A stretch of DNA of 24,962 bases from a candidate division WOR-3 bacterium. GTDB lineage: Bacteria; Hydrothermota; Tepidihabitantia; Tepidihabitantales; Tepidihabitantaceae. Where the stretch lies: the NCBI GenBank assembly GCA_039801305.1, contig JBDRUL010000001.1, forward strand, positions 1 through 24,962. Reading direction: 5' to 3'. Both the position numbers and the translations under genes were made by a program. Below the pieces are notes generated by a model. The model was not told the origin of the DNA. It saw only the letters and a list, made by a program, of their open reading frames with translations, and did no database searches. Shown here in pieces: positions 15,922 through 22,588 of this stretch (positions are counted from its first letter, which is position 1; each line of letters begins with the position of its first letter).

Positions 15922-16698
15922 TCATCTCCTTTCCAAAACAGGCGTTCGCGCCGCCTGCAACACTTTTCGCGTCGTTCCTTGTTGAATGAAGGCTACTACC
16001 GCTAACCGATCCCGGCGCCAGAAGCCGGCCAAGGGTAATCTCTCGGCAACTTCACTTGTCTCAGCTCTTGAAATAACCACTGGACGGCCTTCTGGATCGG
16101 GTAGCAGCGCCCGCATCACCGAATTGAATACTGAGTCTGTTGCACCGGTCTGGGTAGCCCGTATGCTATCTTCGGTAATCACCGTGAGCAGCCGTAATGT
16201 CTCGGCCGGAGTCGAATCAACCCCCCAGAGCCGCACAACCACTCTGATGGTATCAGTGCTGACGTCCGCCTCGACAGCAATCTGTGCCAAGGGTCTGCTG
16301 CTCCTGGCTCCCAAAATATAGTTACGGAAAGTCGGATAGTTGTATTGCGGACCCGGAGTCCGCACGACCTCGCCGCCGTCAAAGACCGTTGCGGGCTCAC
16401 CACCGGTCTCGTAGTAGAACGCCCGCCGTCTCTCTACATACTCGGGCGAAAGAGTGTCGCCGGCAACTCGACGATGATAAGCGATAACAACGACACTGTC
16501 CTTGAACTCGCGCACCAGGCTGTCCAGAGCATGCGCCGCATACGGACAGTAGACACACCGCTGCCAAGTGAAGAATTCGGCCAGCACAATCCGGTTCGTC
16601 GGCACCAGCGGCACCAGCGGCGCATCTGAACAGCCTGCTGCAACCAGCAGACCAACAGCTACCACCTGCCTCCTAGCAGTACGGCACATCGGCGACAA
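15922..16698 (-). CDS. Omp28-like thioredoxin-fold lipoprotein (CxxC)
   Basis: Lipobox LVAAG|C, then RIVLAEFFTWQRCVYCPYA, VIAYH, GEPATVFDG, FNSVMRALL and VVAFIQQ...VLQAA. The exact start is uncertain. Confidence 0.85.
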   Translation of the reverse strand: MSPMCRTARRQVVAVGLLVAAGCSDAPLVPLVPTNRIVLAEFFTWQRCVYCPYAAHALDSLVREFKDSVVVIAYHRRVAGDTLSPEYVERRRAFYYETGGEPATVFDGGEVVRTPGPQYNYPTFRNYILGARSSRPLAQIAVEADVSTDTIRVVVRLWGVDSTPAETLRLLTVITEDSIRATQTGATDSVFNSVMRALLPDPEGRPVVISRAETSEVAERLPLAGFWRRDRLAVVAFIQQGTTRKVLQAARTPVLERR

Positions 16699-16714
16699 TA
16701 CCCCTTCTCCTGTG

Positions 16715-18502
16715 TTACCGCACCACTACGACTGGTACGACCCTTGCTTCTGTTTCAGCTGCCAGACGCAGAAAATAGGTACCAGCGACAACCGGACCGC
16801 CGGTAGCGTCCCGAAGATCCCATACCAGCCTGCCGGCACCGGCGACTCTGTCTGCAAGCTTGCGCACTATACGACCCGTGACATCGCATACCACCGCTGT
16901 ACCGCAGACGCCGCTAACCAGCGAATAGTCGATTACTGCCTGCTCCCGGACCGGATTACCTGCTCCTGCCAACCGGCAGCGCAGAGTTACTCCCGCCTCA
17001 TCGACTCCTGACACATACGGGTTTACAACGATGTCGTCGACAAACCAGCCCTGATCGGTGACGCTGGCGTCGGATATAAACCGAAATCGCACGCGCAGCG
17101 TCGAGCCCACATATGGAACAAGGCTGAATGTCTGGGGAAGCCAGCTGGTAGCTGCCCCGGTGAATGTTCCCAGTGTGCGCCAGAAGCGACCACCCATATT
17201 GACCTCAACCAGACAGTAGTCCCAGCCCTGCTCAACCGAGTACCACTGATAGTACTGCAGCTGACCGCCGTCACCAACCAGCACGTAAGGACTCACCAGC
17301 CACATATCTGACTCGTTCGGGTACTGACCGCTGGCAGTGGTTCCCCATGACCGGGTTGGCGAGTGCGCCCTGGTGGTTGTCTGTGCCCAGCGGCAGTTGA
17401 TTCCGGATGTCGTCCAGCCATTGAGTCCATGTTCAACGTCGTCGGAGAGTCCGGAACCAACCGTAATCAGCATCGGGAAGGTCGCGCTGCCCAGATCTCC
17501 CTCGACACCGCTGAACTGTAATGTCAGCTCAGCCAGGTGGCCTGAAGGGCAGGCGGTATCTATACTCACCTCAAACGCGCTGGACGGCTCGCGCATCTCG
17601 GCAACACCTATATCCGGGTAACTCGCGTTGGCGGTCACAACCGTGACATACGGATCGTTCGTTGAAAGTGTTGCAGTCGCACCAACTGCAGTCGCTGAGC
17701 CAACGTTGCAGAGTATCGGGCGCAGTTGAACAACCGTGCCCGGTCGAGCCGGTGAGTTGGTATAGCCATAGTACTCCAGTATCGGCCGCTGAACTACGTC
17801 GCAGACCGCGCCCTGATGAATCGCCCGGGTCGAATTGTTCTGAACAAAAACCACGAACCGGCAGTTTCTGGCCACCCAGGACTGTTGCAACGTAAAGTTG
17901 CGGGTACGGACTATTGTGTCATTTGCCGGTACCGTAATTGCCTCGCCTGAAGCATTCGGCAGCATTGTTCTCTCGACGTCGTGCAGACTGTCCATCCCCT
18001 GCCAGTAGTAGGGAATGTGGCTCTCGGTAAGCACGACCTGCAGCTGACCGCTGATCGGCGAACCGGTACTGTTGCGGATAACAATTGTCAGCACTCCACT
18101 GCGGGTTACTGAGTCGTAGGTGGAACTCAGGTCAATACCCAGCTGCACCGGATTGTTGACATGAGTGCGGAAGTAGTCCCAGTAGATCGGAAACATCGTG
18201 CCCGTGTGCATCCCGCCGACAACGCTCGAATCGCCTTCAAGAATCACGGTTGGGTACCCACTGACACCGTAGAAGCTCCGGCGTGCGTTGGCAGTGGCAG
18301 TGTAGAACGGGTCGCTGCTCGACGAGTGGTAGGCAATTGCCGCTACCGAGTCGATGCCCCGGAACTGCAACTCCTCTATCCCGCGTGCCGCGCCCGGGCA
18401 GTACTGGCACCATGTGGCCGTAAAGTCTTCAACCACTACAACACGATGGCCAGCCAGCACCGGCAACGATGCAATCAGCAGTATCGCTAAGAGACTCCTC
18501 AA
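16715..18502 (-). CDS. Secreted Omp28-like CxxC protein with Ig-like and jelly-roll (immune-inhibitor-A/MAM-like) domains and a FlgD/T9SS-like tail
   Basis: Signal peptide, then VVVEDFTATWCQYCPGAA, AIAYH, GYPTVILEG and CRFVVFVQ; later SPYVLV...DYCLVEV...VRFRFISDASVTDQGWFVDDI; tail CDVTGRIVRKL...WDLRDATGGPVVAGTYF. TTG start with SD AAGGAG. Confidence 0.9.
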   Translation of the reverse strand: MRSLLAILLIASLPVLAGHRVVVVEDFTATWCQYCPGAARGIEELQFRGIDSVAAIAYHSSSSDPFYTATANARRSFYGVSGYPTVILEGDSSVVGGMHTGTMFPIYWDYFRTHVNNPVQLGIDLSSTYDSVTRSGVLTIVIRNSTGSPISGQLQVVLTESHIPYYWQGMDSLHDVERTMLPNASGEAITVPANDTIVRTRNFTLQQSWVARNCRFVVFVQNNSTRAIHQGAVCDVVQRPILEYYGYTNSPARPGTVVQLRPILCNVGSATAVGATATLSTNDPYVTVVTANASYPDIGVAEMREPSSAFEVSIDTACPSGHLAELTLQFSGVEGDLGSATFPMLITVGSGLSDDVEHGLNGWTTSGINCRWAQTTTRAHSPTRSWGTTASGQYPNESDMWLVSPYVLVGDGGQLQYYQWYSVEQGWDYCLVEVNMGGRFWRTLGTFTGAATSWLPQTFSLVPYVGSTLRVRFRFISDASVTDQGWFVDDIVVNPYVSGVDEAGVTLRCRLAGAGNPVREQAVIDYSLVSGVCGTAVVCDVTGRIVRKLADRVAGAGRLVWDLRDATGGPVVAGTYFLRLAAETEARVVPVVVVR

Positions 18503-18562
18503 CTTACGCTCCTTTCTTGTAGGTATGTCCCTACCAGAACGTGACGGAAATGCTGTCTTTCT

Positions 18563-18748
18563 TCATACCAGTCCCATGCAGGAGAGACATATCTGTGTAC
18601 TGAGATGCTCGACCCTTGACCAGTCATCCGCGAGAGTACCGATCAGTATTGTGGCAATGGCTAGAGCCAGCAGCCCCACCCCCAAAAGCCGGCGAAATGG
18701 ACGTGTTCCTGATATCAGGGACGAACCGCCCCTCTGTAATTTAGTCAA
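18563..18748 (-). CDS. Small membrane-anchored CxxC protein, CD1871A-like
   Basis: One hydrophobic helix followed by QICLSCMGLV at the extreme C-terminus (ICxxCxG family motif). TTG 18748 has GGAGGT 7 nt upstream; the track start is 18757. Confidence 0.75.
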   Translation of the reverse strand: MTKLQRGGSSLISGTRPFRRLLGVGLLALAIATILIGTLADDWSRVEHLSTQICLSCMGLV

Positions 18749-18802
18749 CTGTTCCACCTCCGCCCCTGTACCAGTAGAAACGCGACGCCGTTCATGTTTT
18801 TC

Positions 18803-18985
18803 TCAAATCCTCCTGTCTGACTCCGGGCACAGTACGGCAACGGATTTCTCTCCACATGTGGGCTTAATGTTGAGCCGCCGGCTGCGAGGGCACATCACAT
18901 GGCAATTCGGCGCAGCACAACCGGTCAGCGCAACCGGCGGCTCAAACCCGACCCGGCCAGACAGGGAGAATAATGTCCCACCCAT
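18803..18985 (-). CDS. Possible small Cys-rich protein (60 aa)
   Basis: ATG lies 4 nt after the activase stop. The product has 5 Cys, including CxxxxCxxxCP and a second CP. It has no SD and no recognised family. Confidence 0.3.
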   Translation of the reverse strand: MGGTLFSLSGRVGFEPPVALTGCAAPNCHVMCPRSRRLNIKPTCGEKSVAVLCPESDRRI

Positions 18986-18989
18986 TAGT

Positions 18990-19757
18990 TCACATCCGGC
19001 TTCGCCACACCGCCCCATTGCCAGTCAGCGCCGCACCGAGCGCACCGACAAGTTGAGGCTCGCGGGGTATCAGCAGCGATACGCCCAGCCTGCGCTCCAC
19101 CAGCGCCCTGACACACGGGTTGAGTGCGACTCCGCCGCACATCACCACCGGTGGCTCAAGCCCCACCCGGCCAACCAGCGCCAGTAGCCGGCTCACAATT
19201 GCCTCGTGCAGCCCCAGTGCAATTGCACGCCTGCTGGTACCACGCGCGATCAGGGAAACCACCTCTGACTCGGCAAACACTGTGCACATCGAGCTGATCG
19301 CTGCCGACTCTTCTGCAAGAAGAGCCTCAGTACCGAACTCGTCCAGCGCATATCCGAGTGTGGTTGCCATCACTTCGAGGAATCGACCCGTTCCGGCTGC
19401 GCAGCGGTCGTTCATTTCGAACTCGCGCTGGCGGCCATTCTCCACGCGGATTGCCTTGGAATCCTGCCCCCCGATGTCGATCACTGTGCGGCAATCTGGA
19501 AACAGCGACTGTGCGCCAAGTGCGTGCGCCCTGATTTCGGTCACAGTGGAACAGCCAAGCCGTTCTGCTGCCAGATGCCGGCCATAGCCGGTTGCGACCA
19601 CCACATCAGGCAGATATTGATCGATCAGCTCTCGTACGCGTGCCCAGGGATCGGTACCGGTGTCGGTGATAACCCGGACACCGATCTGACCATCCTTGAG
19701 CAGAACCAGCTTGGTAGTCCGCGAACCGATATCAAGACCCGCGACAGTCGCTGCCAT
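18990..19757 (-). CDS. ATP-dependent [4Fe-4S] activator (DCCP-R / HgdC family)
   Basis: Motifs AGLDIGSRTTK, TGYGR, DIGGQDSK, MNDRCAAGTGRFL, ISSMCTVFAESEV and GGVALN. Directly downstream of the DCCP gene. Confidence 0.95.
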   Translation of the reverse strand: MAATVAGLDIGSRTTKLVLLKDGQIGVRVITDTGTDPWARVRELIDQYLPDVVVATGYGRHLAAERLGCSTVTEIRAHALGAQSLFPDCRTVIDIGGQDSKAIRVENGRQREFEMNDRCAAGTGRFLEVMATTLGYALDEFGTEALLAEESAAISSMCTVFAESEVVSLIARGTSRRAIALGLHEAIVSRLLALVGRVGLEPPVVMCGGVALNPCVRALVERRLGVSLLIPREPQLVGALGAALTGNGAVWRSRM

Positions 19758-19760
19758 CGC

Positions 19761-21032
19761 CTATTCGAGCTGCTCGATGAAAGCCTCGATGCGCGTGCGC
19801 AGCTGACCGGTATCCTCCTCGGAATAGTCAGTCACGATCTTCAGCGAAGGAATGCCAGCCTGTTTGAGCGCTGCCTCAACCCGCATGGCCTCGATGTTGT
19901 AGCCATGGCAGGTCTGAAGCACATACTGAATCGCGCCCTTCACGCCGAACTCTTGCGCCCGCTGCACCGCTGCGTCGATCCGTTCCTGATTTGGCGTAAA
20001 GCAGGCACAGTTGATCTTCAGATAGCGGTCAGCGATCGCAGTAATCTGCCCCTGCAGGTCCCGGGCGGTCTCGTCTATCAGATTCTCAAAGTAGCGCGAG
20101 CCGGTGCAGCTTTCATCCCAGACGATGACTCCGCCCGACTGCTCCACTAACGAATGGACTTTCCAGTTGCCCATCACTGTCGGGCAGCCGGCAATCATAA
20201 CCCGCTTCGCCCCGGGCTTCAGTGCCGAAACACCCTTGCCGATCCGCTCGGCAAGCTCAGCATTCAGGGCATTGACTGCTTGCGTGAATCTGACCGGCTC
20301 GTCAGCCAGCGCCACCTGCATCACCACCAGAGCGTCCAGCCCGGAGATCGGCGGCGGATCGACCTTACGGAGCTCAGCCAGCTTCTGCAGTGCCCGACGC
20401 TTCTCGTTCATTATCCGGATTGCTTCAGCGAGCCGGTTTGGCTCAACTTTCGTACCAGAAAGCTCCTCCAGTTTCAGCCGGAACTGATCCACTTCTGACC
20501 GCCACAACTCCGCATCCAGCCTGCCCTTCTTCTGCGGCAGCTCCATCACGTGGAAGTTCACCCTGCCCGAGAGAATCTCCCAAGTCTTCTTCTTTGCATC
20601 GCAGGTCGTCTCACCCACTGCCAGGCTCTTGACCGGCCCATACGGACAGGTCTTAGAAAACGCCAGACCCAGTGTGGACTTCACAAGGGGGCAGATGTCA
20701 CGTGGAAACATCTTCTCCGCATAGGGGATTGAAGCCTGTATTCCGCCACAAAGCGCGACCGGAACAGTGTTCGCTGCCATGGCAAGTTCTTCAGGAACGT
20801 AGATGCAGAAGGTACCGACAGTCTTCTTCCCGGCTTTCTTGCTCTCCACCAGCTCCGCCACCCGTCCACCGTGCGCCTCATGCAGCGCCTTGTCAAAGTA
20901 AGCCATCGCCTGCGGACGATTGGTCTGCGCACCAACAGTCATACGGAACAGCCGGTCGGTTGCCGCCTGCATCTCGTCATGCAGCGCCACATCCAAGCCC
21001 AGCTCCCTGAGCAGCTCTCTGTGTTCTGACAT
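19761..21032 (-). CDS. Double-cubane-cluster-containing anaerobic reductase (DCCP family, HGD-D fold)
   Basis: The N-terminus ELGLDVALHD...NRPQAMAYFD...HGGRVAEL is followed by VGTFCIYVPEEL, PRDICPLVKS, GETTCDAKKK, DESCTGSRYFEN, INCACFTPN, LQTCHGYNIE and DTGQLRTRIEAFIE. It is paired with an activator gene as in DCCP/DCCP-R. Confidence 0.9.
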   Translation of the reverse strand: MSEHRELLRELGLDVALHDEMQAATDRLFRMTVGAQTNRPQAMAYFDKALHEAHGGRVAELVESKKAGKKTVGTFCIYVPEELAMAANTVPVALCGGIQASIPYAEKMFPRDICPLVKSTLGLAFSKTCPYGPVKSLAVGETTCDAKKKTWEILSGRVNFHVMELPQKKGRLDAELWRSEVDQFRLKLEELSGTKVEPNRLAEAIRIMNEKRRALQKLAELRKVDPPPISGLDALVVMQVALADEPVRFTQAVNALNAELAERIGKGVSALKPGAKRVMIAGCPTVMGNWKVHSLVEQSGGVIVWDESCTGSRYFENLIDETARDLQGQITAIADRYLKINCACFTPNQERIDAAVQRAQEFGVKGAIQYVLQTCHGYNIEAMRVEAALKQAGIPSLKIVTDYSEEDTGQLRTRIEAFIEQLE

Positions 21033-21062
21033 CTTGCCCCCTCTCGGAGCAGCCCTTTGAAA

Positions 21063-21854
21063 CTACTTTTCTCCCAGATACCAGCCGCGACCAACCTTGT
21101 GAGCATGCGCGGCATCACGCCAGAGATTCACCAGCCCTTCGGCGAACATATACAGATCGTTTCCGAAGTTCTGCAGTATCGTCGGCTTCAAATCGACCTC
21201 GACCATTCTCTTGTACTGGTCAAAGCACTTGGCGAACTCGTCGGTCTGGTCTTTCACTTCAATCACCTTCAGCCCGTGCTTCTTCATCAGATCTGCCCAG
21301 CCCTGCAGTGTCTCCATGTACGGGAACGCCATCGTCTCATAGAGTTTGGCAAGCAGCGACTCCTCGACATCACCAGTGATCACCCAGTCGGTGAAGATGA
21401 TCTTGCCGCCAGGCTTGAGCACCCGTGCCGCCTCGGACATGAGCTGGTCTTTGTTGGTAACATAGCACCATGCTTCCTGCCCCCAGACCACATCAAAGGT
21501 ATCCTTCTTGAAGGGCATATCCATCGCGTTCCCTTCGACGAAGGTGATCAGATGATCAAGTCCGGCAGCCTTGGTTCTCTCGTTCGCCTTGGCAAGCATA
21601 GTCTTGGTGAAGTCAAGACCGGTCACCCGCACGCCATACTTCTTGGCGATGTGCCTTGCCGGTGCGCCCAGAGCTGAACAGACATCGAGCACATGCATCC
21701 CGGGCTTCAGGCCGACCGCGTTTGCCATCCGGTCGGTAATCTCGGCTCCGCCCGAATGAATCTGTTCGGACATCACCGCTTCCCACAAGAGTCCACCCGG
21801 ACCATCGTAGACGTCCTGTACGTCCTTGCCGGTATAGTCGTAGCGCTTTGGCAT
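21063..21854 (-). CDS. Class I SAM-dependent methyltransferase (sarcosine/dimethylglycine- or tocopherol-MT-like)
   Basis: Motifs EQIHSGG, LKPGMHVLDVCSALGAPAR, VTGLD, EGNAMDMPF, FDVVWGQEAWCYV and ARVLKPGG. SD AAGGGAGG. Confidence 0.9.
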   Translation of the reverse strand: MPKRYDYTGKDVQDVYDGPGGLLWEAVMSEQIHSGGAEITDRMANAVGLKPGMHVLDVCSALGAPARHIAKKYGVRVTGLDFTKTMLAKANERTKAAGLDHLITFVEGNAMDMPFKKDTFDVVWGQEAWCYVTNKDQLMSEAARVLKPGGKIIFTDWVITGDVEESLLAKLYETMAFPYMETLQGWADLMKKHGLKVIEVKDQTDEFAKCFDQYKRMVEVDLKPTILQNFGNDLYMFAEGLVNLWRDAAHAHKVGRGWYLGEK

Positions 21855-22082
21855 TTTTCCTCCCTTACAGTTTTGTACTTGTACGGACTAGAACTGACAG
21901 GTCAGCCGGCAGACCGCCGACACAAAGCCGGAACTTCATCTCTTGAGCCTGCCCGCCGTAAATTGTCCTGTTGGGATTGAACTGAACTCAGAACCGTTCT
22001 TCAGTCTCCGGAGCGCCCGGCTCCGGCAAACCTGCCGGATCACGGCATCCACCCCGAGGTTCTGTTTTCACTTCTGCTCATC
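21855..22082 (-). ncRNA. Candidate structured 5' leader (unassigned cis-regulatory RNA)
   Basis: About 225 nt lie between the promoter and the SD. An outer stem CAGAACC/GGTTCTG encloses two mutually exclusive 7-bp hairpins. No riboswitch consensus was recognised by eye. Confidence 0.35.
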
Positions 22083-22087
22083 AGAGT

Positions 22088-22117
22088 ATTCTAGCTGTGT
22101 TGATGTGCACCTGTCAA
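22088..22117 (-). promoter_or_regulatory. Putative sigma70 promoter for the methyltransferase-DCCP operon
   Basis: Minus strand TTGACA-N18-TAGAAT. Confidence 0.65.
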
Positions 22118-22196
22118 GATACTGCCCGCCAGAACCTCCCAGCTTTAGGTGATAAGACTGCCACTGTTAGGCCGGCTGAATCCCAACCCCAAGCGG

Positions 22197-22218
22197 AATA
22201 TTAGTTATAACTAATATT
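22197..22218. promoter_or_regulatory. Perfect 22-bp AT-rich palindrome (candidate operator)
   Basis: AATATTAGTTATAACTAATATT equals its own reverse complement and lies about 80 bp upstream of the -35 box. Confidence 0.6.
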
Positions 22219-22511
22219 GTAGTGACAAACTCTGTCGCCATAACCGATTGTCATTCAGAAAGCTGCAGTAACTCTGCCCCCCTGTACCCTCCCATTCCCC
22301 CAGTGGTCTGCCTGACCGTTTGCACAGCAGTACCTTCGGTTACGCCTCTCCCTGCTTCATCACTGATGCTGCCTGCTGCATTCCTGTTCAATATGCTATC
22401 TGCCTGTTCTCCGGCTATCATTCCGAATATGACTCCTGCCAGCTCTGCCATGTCGTATTCTGCCCATCAATCCATCATACGCGCAACAGTTGTAACGGCT
22501 GCCATGGCAAC

Positions 22512-22531
22512 CTGACGGACAAGACCGTCAG
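22512..22531. other. 7-bp hairpin downstream of the asparaginase gene (possible terminator or stabiliser)
   Basis: CTGACGG-N6-CCGTCAG, with no U-tract on either side. Confidence 0.35.
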
Positions 22532-22588
22532 CTACTCGGAGTTAAGCTGCTGTACTAAGACCGGCTGCCGCCTAGACTGTCGGGACTA

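Noticed and set aside
18563-19018. In-frame TGA at 18803 linking the Cys-rich ORF to the CD1871A-like gene, and a second UGA-containing frame (MWREIRC...KT-U-TASRFYWY)
   Set aside because: Neither has a convincing SECIS or a redox motif around the UGA, and the CD1871A-like gene has its own SD and start. Chance frame coincidence is more likely.
21866-22070. Minus-strand frame with an internal TGA in the methyltransferase leader (VKTEPRGGC...RF-U-VQFNPN...TKL)
   Set aside because: No SD, no hairpin after the UGA and no recognisable family. It is better explained as a non-coding leader.
22066-22084. Hammerhead-like core CTGATGA...GAAA on the minus strand
   Set aside because: Stem II would be only 2 bp, and the required stem III/NUH cleavage triplet is not formed (GGTTCTG is followed by AG).
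22290-22365. Glycine-riboswitch-like words (GGGAGAG...CCGAAGG...TCAGGCA) on the minus strand
   Set aside because: The P3 pairing (GAAGGAG with CUCUCAGG) is absent, and the segment lies upstream of the predicted promoter.
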